Below are positions 33,113 through 44,885 of a stretch of 64,000 nucleotides of DNA, piece after piece; within the stretch, counting starts at the first letter, position 1; every line of letters starts with the position of its first letter. Source of the DNA: an uncultured Planctomycetota bacterium (GTDB lineage Bacteria; Planctomycetota; Planctomycetia; Isosphaerales; Isosphaeraceae); assembly GCA_963845755.1 (NCBI GenBank), contig CAWJTV010000020.1, positions 448,001-512,000 of the forward strand, given 5' to 3'. The position numbers and the translations under genes were made by a program. Below the pieces are notes generated by a model that saw only the letters and a list, made by a program, of their open reading frames with translations, did not search any database and was not told where the DNA came from.

Positions 33113-36100
33113 TTGGAGTTGCCGGCCACTGAAGAGGGTTCTTCGTTCTTCTCGCCCTGGCAAGAGACGGAGGCTGAATTGAATCCGGCAGGCAAACCCT
33201 CCTCCGACGAGTCCTCCGGCAACATCGGTGTGAAATCGGATTCCGCGCTTCTCGGCGCGGCGCTCAGTCCCTCGGGGTCGGGAAGCGACTGGGAATCGAC
33301 CACGGACCTGACTCTGCGTCCGCCGGCCGGGCCGGCAACGCCCGGGGACGCCACGCCAGCACCCGTGGCCTTCGGCCGCTATCGAGTGAAGAATGCGCTC
33401 GGATCTGGCGGCTTCGGCACGGTGTACCTCGGCCACGACACGCAACTCGACCGTCCCGTGGCGATCAAGGTCCTACGCGGTGGCGCCGAGGTGCCGGACG
33501 CCGAGGCCGAGCGATTCCTCCAGGAGGCCCGCAGGCTCGCGCGGCTGAGCCACCCCGGCATCGTGACGGTCCACGACGTCGGCCTGCACGAAGGGCAGGT
33601 GTACATCGTTTCGGATTATCTCGAGGGCCCCAATCTCGCGGAGTGGCTGCGACACAACTCCCCGAGCTGGCACGAGGCTGCACGCATCGCGGCCAACGTG
33701 GCCGATGCGCTGGCTCATGCACACGCCCGGCTCACCGTCCACCGCGATGTCAAGCCCGCGAACATCATCCTGACGTCCGACCGCGGCCCGGTCCTCGTGG
33801 ACTTCGGGTTGGCCCTCGACGAGCAGGCGTCGGGCGGCCGAGAGCTCGGCGCCGTCCGCGGCACCCCGGCATACATGGCGCCAGAACAGGTCGCAGGCGT
33901 GGCACACCGCATCGACGGCCGAACCGACATCTACAGCCTGGGCGTGGTGCTCTACGAGATGCTCTGCGGTCACTTACCCTTCCGGGCGAGCAACACCCTG
34001 GAACTGCTCCGGCAGGTTCGCGACGACGAGCCACAGCCCCCGCGCCAACTCCGCCGCGAGATACCGCCCGAGCTCGAGCGGGCTTGCATCAAGGCGACTC
34101 GCGAAGCGGCTCCAGGACCGCTATATGACCGCGGCGGACTTCGCCGAAGAGCTAAGGCGTGCGTGCCAGGCCGTCGCGGGGTCGGGCACCTCGTGGTCGC
34201 TTGGGTCGCTCTCCGCGGTCGTACCGACGGGCGAGACACTCGCATCCGGGTCGATCGCGCCATCTCAGTCATCGTCGCAGACCTCGTCCCGCCGCGTCCG
34301 CGAAGCCGAGCGTCGGCAGGTGACCGTCCTGGTCTGCGGCTGCAGTCTGTTCGAATCGGAGGCTTACCTGGAGAATCTGGATGCGGAGGACCAGGCCCGG
34401 ATCCAGCGGGCCTTCCAGGAGCCTTGCGAGCAGGCCGTTCGCCGATTCGATGGGACGATCGTGCAGTGCAACGAGGAGGGGCTGCTGGCTTGCTTCGGCT
34501 TCCCGGTGGCCTACGAGGATGCCGCCCGCCGCGCCGTCTTGACCGGCCTCGGCCTCCTGGAGGACATGAAGGCGCTCGGCGAGCGGCTCCGCCGCGAACA
34601 GACACTGGAGCTGGATCCGTGGGTTGGCATCCACACCGGTTCGGCCGTCGTGGAGGCGGGCGAGGAGTCGATCTCGATGGTTGGTGAGGCGCGGAACGTG
34701 GCGGTCCGCCTGGAAGACGTCGCCGCGCCCGGCCAGGTCGTGTGCAGCGTGGCCACTCACCGGTTGATCCGGCCCCAGTTCGACTGCACCAGTCTCGGCC
34801 ACCGCAAGATCAAGGGCGTGGCGCAGCCCGTCGAGTTCTTCCTGGTCCAGGGAGTCGACGAGGGCCGCAATTCCCTCGAAGTGGCGGAGCGGGCGGCCTT
34901 CTCGCCATTGACTGGCCGTGACCACGAGGTCAGCCTGCTCAAGGACCGCTGGGAGCAGGCCCAGGAGGGCCTGGGCCAGGTCGTCATGCTCATCGGCGAG
35001 CCGGGCCTGGGCAAGTCGCGCCTGGTCCACACGCTGAAGGAGCACGTCCTGGGGCAGATGCTCGAAGGAGAGGTCGACGCGCCGGTCATCGAGTGGCGAT
35101 GCTCGCCGCACTACCAGAACACGGGGCTGTACCCGGCCATCGAATTCTACGAGCGAGCCCTCGCCTTCGGCCGCGAGGAGCCACCACAGGCCCGGTTCGA
35201 CCGACTGCTCCATCGACTGGAGCAATATGACCTGGCACGTCCGGAGACCGTACCGCTGTGGGCGTCGCTGCTGTCGCTACCGACCCCGGACCGCTACCCC
35301 CCACTCTTGTTGTCCCCGACCCGGCAGAGGGAAGAAACGTTCCGGGCGATGCTGGATTGGCTGCACACGCGCGCCTCCCGGAAGCCGGTCCTGTTCGTCG
35401 TCGAGGACTTGCACTGGGTCGACGCGTCCACCCTGGAGTTCCTGGGGCAGTTCCTTGCCGAGGGCGTGCACGATTCCATCCTCGCCTTGCTCACCTCTCG
35501 CCTCGAGTTCCAGTCACCGTGGCGCGCGATCTCCCACCAGACCAGCCTGTCCTTGAATCGCCTGACCCGGCGCCAGGTTGGCGATCTGATCCTCAAGAAG
35601 GCAGGGGGCATCGTGACAGAGGCACTGGTCGAGCAGATCTACGACCGCACGGGCGGCGTGCCGCTGTTCGTCGAGGAATACACGAAGATGGTCCAGGAGT
35701 CGGGTGTCCTGGAGCGGGCGAGGGACGGCGGCGCACTCGGCCAGACCCTGCTTGGGCACGAGATCCCCGCGAGCCTCCAGGACCTGGTGATGGCCCGCCT
35801 GGATCGCATGGAGGGCGATCGGCAGGTGGCCCAGCTCGCCGCGACGCTGGGCCGCGAGTTCAGCTACGAGCTGCTCGCCGCCGTCGCGCCGGTGGACGAG
35901 CCGACGCTGGAGGCGGAACTGGCCAAGCTGGTCCGAGCGGAGATCGTCTACCAGAAGGGGCGGCCGCCGCGGTGCAGTTACATCTTCAAACACGCCCTCC
36001 TGGAAGATGCGCTGTATAACGCGCTGGTCAAGGACAGGCGACAGCAGTTCCACCGGCGGATCGCCGAGGTGCTGGAGTCGCAGTTCCCGCAGACCACCGA

Positions 36101-37445
36101 GACCCGGCCCGAGTTGTTGGCCCACCACTTCACCGAGGCGGGCCTGACTGAGAAGGCGATCGACTACTGGCTCAAGGCGGGCCTGCGTTCGCGAGGGCGA
36201 TCCGCGGAAATCGAAGCGATCAGCCACCTGACCCGGGGCCTGGCGCTGCTCGAGACGCTGGGCGAGTCGCTCGAGCGGGACGTCCGAGAACTGGAACTGC
36301 TGAGCCCCCTCGGCACCGCCCACATCGCGTCGCGCGGTTATGCTTCGCCCGAAGTCGGCCCGGTTTTCCGTCGGGCGCGCGAATTGTGCGAGCGGGTCGG
36401 GCAACCGCCCCAGTTGTTCGCGATCATCCTGGGGATCTGGGAATGGCACACCGTACGCGGTGATCTTCGCCTGTGCATGGACCTGGCCGCCGAAGGGATG
36501 GAACTCGCCGGCCGGCTCAACGACCCCGGCATCGTGATGGAATCGTTGTTCATGTCGGGCGAGACTCTACTTTATCGTGCGGATTTCGCCGGCGCCCGCG
36601 ACCGGTTTGCGACGGCGGTCGCCGACTACGACGACCGGGAGCGCACCAGGTCTTGGGCCGTCCACACGGGCCACGATGCCGGCGTCACCTGCCGCTCCAA
36701 CCTGGCGATATCCCTCTGGCACCTGGGCTACCCGGACCAGGCCCTTGTGGTCAGCCGGCAGACTTGTCAATTAGCCCGCGAGATCGGCCACCCGTTTAGC
36801 CTGGCGTACGCCCTGCACCACACGGGCTGGCTCTACCAGTATTGCCGGCTCGGGGCCGAGGTCCAGGCGGCCGCCGAGGAGGAGTTCGCAATCGCGACGG
36901 AACAGGGTTTTGCGCTCTGGTACGCGACAGGCACGTTCTTCAAGGGTGCTGGAATGCTGTTACGAGGTGCGCCGGAGGAGGCGCTGCCGTTGATCCTGAA
37001 GGGCCTCGATGCCTTCCGGGCGAGCGGTGCCGAGCTGACCCTTCCGCTCCAGCTCAGCACCCTGGGCGAAGCTTACACGGCGGTCGGTCGGTTCGACGAC
37101 GCGCGCCGGGCGCTGGATGAGGGCCTGGCCATCGCGGAAAAGAACGACGAGCGATGCCAGGAGGCCGAGCTGCACCGCCTCATGGGCGAATTGCTACTGG
37201 CCGAGTCGCCCGACCAGGTCGCCGCAGCCGAGGACTGCTTCCGCCAGGCCATCGAGACGGCCCGGCGCCAGAAGAGCAAGGCGTGGGAGCTGCGGGCCAC
37301 GATGAGCCTCGCCCGCCTCTGGCAGCGGCAGGGCCGCCGCGACGAGGCCCGCAACGCGCTGGCGGCGGTTCACGACGCCTTCACCGAAGGCTTCACGACG
37401 CCGGACCTCATCGAGGCCGGGGCGCTGCGGGAAGCTCTGGCCTGA
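33113..37445 (+). CDS. Ser/Thr kinase - class III cyclase-like - STAND/AAA ATPase - TPR fusion (frameshift near 34095)
   Basis: LGSGGFGTVY, HRDVKPAN, DFG, YMAPEQ; ERRQVTVL, FGFPVAYEDAARRA, GIHTG; GEPGLGKS, VEDLHW, GGVPLFVEE, FKHAL; WELRATMSLARL. Confidence 0.9.
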
Positions 37446-37961
37446 CCCCAATCGCGTGGCACCCGTAGCGTGTGTGGAGGCGACGACGGCGCGCGAGAAT
37501 CCTCGCCAGTCTCCACCCTCGATTCGATCGGAGCACTACGGAGGTAGGACGTCTCCCTTCGTTCCCACGGTTCTCTTTGAGAACGAGGTTCCATTCGATC
37601 GAAGCAAACCCCAGTGTTGACCACGGCGACCTGATTGGGCGGGATGCCGATACCGATTGGGAATTGTCGGATTTTCCGCTTGCCGGCGGCGTGAACGCGG
37701 TGTGGAATAAATCTCACGCAGGAGCCCCCTTCGGTCTCGATCAAAAGGGTGATGCGATGCATTTCCAGCTACCGGAAACGCGGTGAGCATTCGGCTTATT
37801 GGTCGCCCCGAGCAGGTTGCCTCAGCGGACGATGCACCGTTCAGGGTGGAGCTGAGAGCCGGATGAGCCGGGAGGACAACGTTCCTCGCGGGTCGAGTGG
37901 AGCGACGCGCCTCGGGTCCGAGATGGAGCGGTAGAGAAGTGGCTGATCGGGACAACCGCCA

Positions 37962-38647
37962 ATGAACGATGTCACTCAGAGTCGGTCCCAGAAGGGCGAG
38001 CGGGGGCGTCAGCCCCCTGTCCGGTGAGCGACGGACCTCCAAGACAGGGGGCTGACGCCCCTTGCTCGCTCGGACCGGCCCCTTCTGGGACAGACTCTCA
38101 GATCCTCGGGAAGATCGAGCAAGGCGAGTTGCAGGCCGCCGGACAACTCCTGCCGCTGGTCTACGACTCGCTTCGCAGGCTGGCCGAGCGGAAGCTGGCG
38201 CAGGAGAAGCCCGGCCAGACCCTCCAGGCGACGGCCCTGGTGCACGAGGCGTACCTCCGGCTGGTGGATACGGACAGGACGCAGGGCTGGAACAGCCGCG
38301 GCCATTTCTTCGCCGCGGCCGCCGAGGCGATGCGGCGCATCCTCATCGAGCGGGCCCGGAGCAAGGGTCGACAGAAGTCGGGAGGCGACTGGCGCCGCGT
38401 CAACCTCGATAACCTGGATGTCTTCACGTCGGTCACCCCGGACCAGCTCCTGGCCCTCGACGAGGCGATCGACCGCCTGGCCGAGCAGGACCCGACGGCG
38501 GCGAGACTGGTAAGGCTCCGATACTTCGCCGGGTTATCGCTGGAGCAGGCCGCCGATCCGCTCGCGATCTCGATCGCGACCGCCTACCGCCACTGGTCCT
38601 ACGCCCGGGCCTGGCTGCTCTGTGCATTGCTCGACCGCCGCGAGTGA
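37962..38647 (+). CDS. ECF sigma factor, TIGR02999 type, with MITE inserted at codons 5-6
   Basis: ATG AAC GAT GTC ACT CAG [insert] ATC CTC GGG AAG restores MNDVTQILGK; body has TLQATALVHEAYLRL, HFFAAAAEAMRRIL, WSYARAWL. Confidence 0.85.
37979..38097. mobile_element. 119-bp MITE with IS5-like ends, TCA target duplication and internal palindrome
   Basis: TIRs GAGTCGGTCCCAGAAGGG / CCCTTCTGGGACAGACTC; TCA at 37976-78 and 38098-100; inner GCGAGCGGGGGCGTCAGCCCCCTGTC...GACAGGGGGCTGACGCCCCTTGCTCGC. Confidence 0.8.
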
Positions 38648-38737
38648 CCACCTCTACCTTCGCCGTTCGCGTCCGGCGAGCAGCCCGGGATTCCGGCCTC
38701 GCTCTGCTCCAGAGGCGTTCATTCACGCGAGGTTGCC

Positions 38738-41449
38738 ATGACTGATCATGTCGATCAAGCCCGATCGATCTTCCTGGCCGCGATCGAGGAGGGTCCGGGC
38801 GAGCGGCCGGCATTCCTGGACGGCGCCTGCGGCGACGACGGGGAACTGCGCGCTCGGGTCGAGCACCTGCTGGAGGCGCACCAGGCGCTGGGCAGCATCC
38901 ACTTCCATCCGATCTCCGAGCCGGCCGCGATTGCGGGGCAGCGATCGTCCGAAGGGCCCGGCTCGGCCATCGGCCCGTACAAGCTCCTCGAAGTGATCGG
39001 CGAAGGAGGGATGGGCACGGTCTACCTGGCCGAGCAGGAGCGGCCCGTCCGGCGCAGGGTCGCGCTGAAGATCATCAAGCCGGGCATGGACTCGGCCCAG
39101 GTGATCGCCCGGTTCGAGGCCGAGCGGCAGGCGCTGGCCCTGATGGACCACCCCCACATCGCCAAGGTCCTCGAGGCCGGGACGATGGGTTCCGGACGGC
39201 CGTTCTTCGTCATGGAACTTGTCAAGGGCATCCCCATCACCCGGTTCTGCGACGAGCATCGGCTCACGCTCCGCGACCGCCTGGAGTTGTTCGTGCCAGT
39301 CTGCCAGGCGGTGCAGCACGCGCACCAGAAGGGGATCATCCACCGAGACCTCAAGCCCTCTAACGTCCTCGTCGCCCTCCACGACGACAAGCCGCTGGCC
39401 CAGGTGATCGATTTCGGCGTGGCCAAGTCGACCGGCGATCGGCAAACCGAGCCGACGACCCTCACCGGGTTCGGCTTGGTGGTCGGTACCCTCGAGTACA
39501 TGAGCCCCGAGCAGTCCGGGCTCAACGCCCTGGATGTGGACACGCGAAGCGACGTCTACTCGCTGGGCGTTCTGCTCTACGAGTTGCTGACCGGCACGAC
39601 GCCGTTGGATCGACCGCAACTGGGCCAGGCGTCCTTCGACGAGCTGCTGCGGCTCATCCGGGAGGAGGAGCCCCCGATGCCCAGCGCGCGGCTGAGCGGC
39701 TCCGTAGGCGATCTGGCCACGCTGTCGGCCCGGCGTCGGGCCGATCCGGCGAAGTTCCCCGGGCTCGTGCGCGGCGAGCTGGACTGGATCGTGATGAAGG
39801 CGCTGGAGAAGGACCGGGTCCGGCGATATGAGACGGCCAACGCCCTGGCCCGCGACCTCCAACGCTACCTCGCCGATGAGCCGGTAGAGGCCGGCCCGTC
39901 GTCGGCCGGATATCGGCTGCGGAAGCTCACCGGCCGGTACAGGAACGCCCTGGCGACGGCCGCGGCCTTCGTCCTGCTCCTGGCGATGGCCGCGGCCGTG
40001 AGCACCTGGCAGGCGGTGCGAGCGACGCGGGCGGAGCGGGCAGAGCGGGCCGAGCGCGATCGGGCCGTGGCGGCCGAGAAGGGGGCAAAGACGGAACAGA
40101 CCAACGCCAGGGCCGCCCTCGACTTCCTCTGGAAGGATGTGCTGTCGCAGGCGAGTTACCGCAATGAGCCCGACCGGGACCTGTCGGTCCGCACCCTGCT
40201 CGACCGGGTCGCCGACCGGCTCGGGCGTGGCCCCGGCCAGTCGACGTTGGTGGAGGCCGCGGGCCGTCAAATGGTCGGGGGACTCTATATCGATCTGGGG
40301 GAGTATCGCAAGGCGCAGCCGCATCTGGAAGCGGCCCTGGGGGCGCAGCGCCGCGAGCTCGGGGAGGAGGACCCGCAGACCCTGACCACCATGCACCATC
40401 TCGGCCACTGCCTTCTTCGACGGGACCGTCGGGAAGCCACCGGGCTGCTCGCCCGCGCGCTGGAACTCCGCCGCCGCGTCCTCGGGGACGATCACGACGA
40501 CACCCTGTTCACCGCGCGCCTCTCCGCGGCCTGCTACGCCCTGGAGGGCCGCCCCGAGGAGGCCGAGCGATTGCTGAGGCGGACGCTGGAGGCGCGGCGC
40601 CGGGTCTTCGGCGATCCGCATCGCGAGACCCTGGTGACGATGTACTGGCTGGCCGGACACCTCGTCCGGCAAGGCCAGCTTGAGGAAGCCGAGGCCCTGG
40701 CCACTCGGTGCGTGGATCAGGCTCGCCGGCTCGCCGGCGACGACCTCATGGTGACTCTCTGCGCCAAAAACACCCTGGTCGGCGTCTACATCGCCCGCGA
40801 GGATCCCGCGCCGGCGGAGCCGCTCGCCATCCACGTCGTCGAGGGGATGCGCCGCTATTTCGGCCGCCAGCACCCGTTCACCGTAAAGGCCATCAACCGG
40901 CTGATCCGCGTCTATCAGTTGCAGGGCCAGCACGCCCAGGCGGCCCCGTTCCTCGCCGAGTCGCTCGCGACCGCGCGGAAGGTCCATGAAGACGACCATC
41001 CGGCCCTCTCCACCATCCTGCACCTGCTCGGGCGAAGCCTGCTCGAGGAGAAGAAGTACGACGAGGCCGAGCGGCACCTGCGCGCGTGTCTACAGGGACT
41101 AATGAACGAGCAGTCCGGCCGTCTCACAAGGGGCGGCTCGACGGTCTTCGTCCAGGGCCTCCTGGGCGAGAGTTTACTCGGCCAGCGGAAGTACGTCGAG
41201 GCCGAGCCTCTCCTGCTCGCCAGCTACGAGGGGCTGAGAGAGGCTCCGGACGCGGGCGATCCCGAAGTCATCCCGGCGAGGGAACGACTCGGGATCGCGG
41301 CCCTCGAACGGATCGTGCGGCTCTACGACGCCTGGGGCCAGCCGGGGCGGGCGGAGGCGTGGCGGAGGGAACTGGCCGCGTGGGCCGGATCATCCGATGA
41401 GGGGCGACCGTATCGTCTGGGCCTGCATGGGGGCGCCCCAGGTCGATGA
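38738..41449 (+). CDS. Ser/Thr protein kinase with TM helix and TPR repeats
   Basis: IGEGGMGTVY, HRDLKPSN, DFG, YMSPEQ; LGEEDPQTL-type TPRs; paralogue of 20301..23649. Confidence 0.93.
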   Translation: MTDHVDQARSIFLAAIEEGPGERPAFLDGACGDDGELRARVEHLLEAHQALGSIHFHPISEPAAIAGQRSSEGPGSAIGPYKLLEVIGEGGMGTVYLAEQERPVRRRVALKIIKPGMDSAQVIARFEAERQALALMDHPHIAKVLEAGTMGSGRPFFVMELVKGIPITRFCDEHRLTLRDRLELFVPVCQAVQHAHQKGIIHRDLKPSNVLVALHDDKPLAQVIDFGVAKSTGDRQTEPTTLTGFGLVVGTLEYMSPEQSGLNALDVDTRSDVYSLGVLLYELLTGTTPLDRPQLGQASFDELLRLIREEEPPMPSARLSGSVGDLATLSARRRADPAKFPGLVRGELDWIVMKALEKDRVRRYETANALARDLQRYLADEPVEAGPSSAGYRLRKLTGRYRNALATAAAFVLLLAMAAAVSTWQAVRATRAERAERAERDRAVAAEKGAKTEQTNARAALDFLWKDVLSQASYRNEPDRDLSVRTLLDRVADRLGRGPGQSTLVEAAGRQMVGGLYIDLGEYRKAQPHLEAALGAQRRELGEEDPQTLTTMHHLGHCLLRRDRREATGLLARALELRRRVLGDDHDDTLFTARLSAACYALEGRPEEAERLLRRTLEARRRVFGDPHRETLVTMYWLAGHLVRQGQLEEAEALATRCVDQARRLAGDDLMVTLCAKNTLVGVYIAREDPAPAEPLAIHVVEGMRRYFGRQHPFTVKAINRLIRVYQLQGQHAQAAPFLAESLATARKVHEDDHPALSTILHLLGRSLLEEKKYDEAERHLRACLQGLMNEQSGRLTRGGSTVFVQGLLGESLLGQRKYVEAEPLLLASYEGLREAPDAGDPEVIPARERLGIAALERIVRLYDAWGQPGRAEAWRRELAAWAGSSDEGRPYRLGLHGGAPGR

Positions 41450-41507
41450 TCGGATCGGTCGTCGCCAAGGTCCCACGCAACGGATCGAGCGCGTGCGTGC
41501 GACAGAC

Positions 41508-42552
41508 TCAACGCAAGAGGGCCGCTCGACGGCCGCCACGCACCACGGCGATGCACACCAGACCGATTACACTCAGTATCCATGCCGCCGGTACCGGCAC
41601 GGACGCGGCGCTCAGGATGAGATTCCCCTTGGTCACCTCCGAGCCGAACGGATCGCCGAGGAAGGCCACATACCCTTGCTCGCCGCCGTTTGTGGTGCCC
41701 TGCGCAGTGAGCTGGTAGACGTAGCTCACGGTGTCGCCGGGCTGGAGTGTGCCCAGCTTTATGTCCGTGGACACCGGATCCATGTCAAACCGTGGGTTGG
41801 TAATGCTGGTGAATTTGATTTGGAACGCGTCATCGAACAAGTGCTGCGTACGATCGTTAAGGCCGATGAATTCGTAGTCCCAGAAGTTCGCGAGGCTTCC
41901 GGTGCCGGTCGGAATCTGCGTCTCGAATGCGCAGGCCGAACTCGAAGCTGGCCCCGGGGGACGTGGTGAGATCGGGATGCATGATGGTTGCCGTGAGACT
42001 CGCTTTTGCCTCAGCGGTCTCTGCTACGCTGGCCGAATCGCGCATGGGAGGGACGCCGATCAGCCCGACTTGCAGGGCAGGAATGTTGAGGTGCAGCGAC
42101 ATCGATACGGGAAAAGTCCCATTGTAGGTGAAGTTCTGCTGCCAGGTGGCCTGGGAGGCGAGCTGCCCGATCGCCGTCGGATTGGTGTGGCTCGGATTTC
42201 CGCCAATCCAGGCCGTGACACCGACACCGCCGTTGCCATCGGATTCGGCGAGCGAGGACGCGAAGGCGCGCTGGATGTTGGTCGAGCGGCCGGAGAGGTT
42301 CTCTCCCTCGCTCGCGAGGTAGAGGTATTCCGCGCTCTGCTTCGGCGTGATCAATGCGCCCGTGACGGAATGCGTATCGTCAAAGATCGTTCCGCCCGGC
42401 AGCAGGGCCTCATGCACGCGCGCGGATAAATCGATCGGCGCGCCGACGATCCCCCCACCCACGGCTTCACCCGCCATCAAGGCGACTGCAAGACACGCTG
42501 TGAGCACGATTTGCCTTTGCCGATGCCGCGGTGCGGCCGCAAGCGATTTCAT
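41508..42552 (-). CDS. Secreted protein with PEP-CTERM/VPLPA-CTERM-like sorting tail (frameshift near 41925)
   Basis: Signal peptide in 41857..42552; C-terminus VPVPAAWILSVIGLVCIAVVRGGRR (motif, TM helix, basic residues). Confidence 0.75.
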
Positions 42553-42936
42553 AGGACCCTCCCGGCGTGTGCCACGGACTTGCCTAGATCAGAAGTTGTC
42601 CCGCGGTAGGAATGTCTCTACCAGTAGTGCGACATTTGGACTCCAGTTTTCTCACGATGAAAGCCCGGAGCAGACTGACTGGATCCATAAGGGCCCCTCA
42701 CCGGGATAGGTGTGCATGGAGCGGGGGAGGGCGCAGCCACCCGGGTCCGATCACGGATGGCCTCTCAGTACAGGCTGGGTCTTACCGTTATTCAGATCGG
42801 CTACTTGAGTTACTTCGAAACTGCCGAAGAGACCGGAATCCGCGATCGGTATCAGTTGCCCTGATCTCTGGCAGATTCCCCGAGCACAGGTCTCGCGGAC
42901 GCGTCCGCCAGAGCCAGCCGGCCGCTCCTTCCGTCG

Positions 42937-43330
42937 TCAGAAATCGAGCTTGAGGCGAACGCCGAACAACAGCGCGGTGTCCACCGGCGCGAGTCCCGGA
43001 TGGAGCACCTGAATGTCAGGTGTGAGGTGGCACCCGGGCGTGATCCGCAGGTTGTAGAAGAGCTCGACCCCATATTCGTCCCGGAGCCCCGGCACCAAGT
43101 CCTTGGCCTGCGTGCTGAGCCCGAGATCGTAGAACCCGACGCCGAACGTATCTCCCTCGCGGCCCGGCAGCGAGGTATTGCCGCAGACGGCTGCGCTCAG
43201 AAACCAGCGGATCGGGTTCGGATTGCCATCGCCGAGGCCCGTCTGGACGTACAGGCCCAAGCCCCGATCCGGGTCGTCGGAGTCGAGCCAGAGCCGCTGC
43301 TCGATGTTCCAGCCCGCCGTCGTCTTCAGT
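42937..43330 (-). pseudogene. C-terminal remnant of an OprB-type carbohydrate porin
   Basis: GDGNPNPIRW...PGREGDTFGVG...GVELFYN..ITP..HLTPDIQVL.PG...GVRLKLDF; no room for the N-terminal part. Confidence 0.7.
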
Positions 43331-43412
43331 CAGCCTCGACGCCGTCTTCCGCAAACTTGAATGATTTGAACAGTGACGACCGCGGTGCCTTCCCGGTCGA
43401 GAGTGAGCCCCG

Positions 43413-44885
43413 TCAGAACTTGACCAGGAAGCTAATCCCACCGCTCAACTGGCTGCGATGTGTGTGCTCGCCGTTTACCCCGAAGGCATTTTGGCCTGCG
43501 AAGTCACCGCGGATCTCCGGCCGAATCTCAAGGTATTTGATGGGATGCCAGTTGAGGCCCAGAGTCACCTCTTCATAGTTGGTGTTGATTCCGGTTCGCG
43601 TTCCGTTGACATCGTCGAACCACTCGGCGCGAAAGTTGGTGTCGAGCGTGGGGATCAAGTGGTAGATGCCGATGGTATAAAGGCCATACCACGATCCGGT
43701 GCCGACCGGAGTGTTGGCGTCCCAGCCCATGTTATTCTGGATGATTTGAGTGAACCGTTCGGTCCAGTTCTGCTGGAGTCGCAGTTCCACCATCGTGACG
43801 AAATCGCCCGCCAGATTAGGAGCGGCGAAAATGGCGTTCGGACCGGCATAGACCGAGGCCGTCAACCGTGTCTTCCTGGCGTCCGTCACCCAGTAGTTGA
43901 CCTGACCGATGTAGCAGATCGAGCGGGAGCTTCGCTGAACGAAAAACGTGTTGGCACCCAGGGTCATCCCATTCCAGATGTCCAGCCGATTGGAGACGTG
44001 GAGGTCGGTCAACCAGCCGGTGAAGGCACCGTCCTGCGAGTAGAAAAACTGGTAGTCGCTGGAGTAGAAGGGCCGGTAGGGGGCGAGGAATCCGTTGTAA
44101 CCGATGATCGTGTTCATGCGGCCGATCTTGAAGTCCACCCCGCCCTCGGTGAGGATTGGAAGGTGGGCCGAGAGGTACAGGTCGCGGAAATCCTGGCCGA
44201 AGTGGGGGTTGGGTGAAGAGTCGATGCCGCCCTTAGGCGCGCCCAGGGCCGCGTCGGCACCGGCGAAATACCGCATCATGAAACCGAGATTGAAGACGTC
44301 CTGCTGGAGCGGCTTCTCGATCACCCATCCAATCTGGTTAAGCAAGAACTCGTTGCCGAATCGGTTCTGACGGGTCTCGACCGAGAGGATTCCCGTTCCG
44401 GTCAACGCTCCGGTGTAGCCACCCTCGACCCAGCCGAATGATCGGATGCCGGTGTTGCCGAAGAGGTCTCCCAAACGGAGATAGTCCATCAGGAAGTTTA
44501 CCTGTGAGACAGGCGTCGCACCCAGCCGAAAGTTGGGGGACACCTGGGAGATGTCTTCCTGCATTTCTCCGGGGAGCGATTCCGCCTCCAGGCCGGTGCT
44601 GGGCGTAGTCTGACCTGGACTTGCGGTGATCGGCGGGGGGCCGACAACGCCCGTTACGGGCTGCGAGAGCTCCTCGCCAGGCGGCGGCGTCTCCGGGTCA
44701 GGCTGCGGCATTTCCGATCCCGACTGCGGGACAAACGATCGGGGCGGTGGGATTACCGGTCGCGCGTCGGGGATCTCCTGGGCATCGACGGCAACCGACC
44801 CAATCAGCAGGGCCGCGAGGCCCACGCTGACGAGGAATATGCATCTCGTCACGTCAAACCTCCACAGTATGCGCCACATCAGCAT
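43413..44885 (-). CDS. Outer-membrane beta-barrel protein (BBP2-like porin)
   Basis: FGWVEGGYT, LYLSAHLPILTEGGVDFKIGR..TIIGY, RAEWFDD.NGTRTG, IRPEIR.D; C-terminal F. Confidence 0.85.
   Translation of the reverse strand: MLMWRILWRFDVTRCIFLVSVGLAALLIGSVAVDAQEIPDARPVIPPPRSFVPQSGSEMPQPDPETPPPGEELSQPVTGVVGPPPITASPGQTTPSTGLEAESLPGEMQEDISQVSPNFRLGATPVSQVNFLMDYLRLGDLFGNTGIRSFGWVEGGYTGALTGTGILSVETRQNRFGNEFLLNQIGWVIEKPLQQDVFNLGFMMRYFAGADAALGAPKGGIDSSPNPHFGQDFRDLYLSAHLPILTEGGVDFKIGRMNTIIGYNGFLAPYRPFYSSDYQFFYSQDGAFTGWLTDLHVSNRLDIWNGMTLGANTFFVQRSSRSICYIGQVNYWVTDARKTRLTASVYAGPNAIFAAPNLAGDFVTMVELRLQQNWTERFTQIIQNNMGWDANTPVGTGSWYGLYTIGIYHLIPTLDTNFRAEWFDDVNGTRTGINTNYEEVTLGLNWHPIKYLEIRPEIRGDFAGQNAFGVNGEHTHRSQLSGGISFLVKF

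Noticed and set aside
38723..41077. 784-aa antisense ORF and other long shadow ORFs (e.g. 24892..26310, 32117..33445, 57512..58750)
   Set aside because: They lie opposite well-supported genes, have no recognisable motifs and are expected in high-GC DNA.
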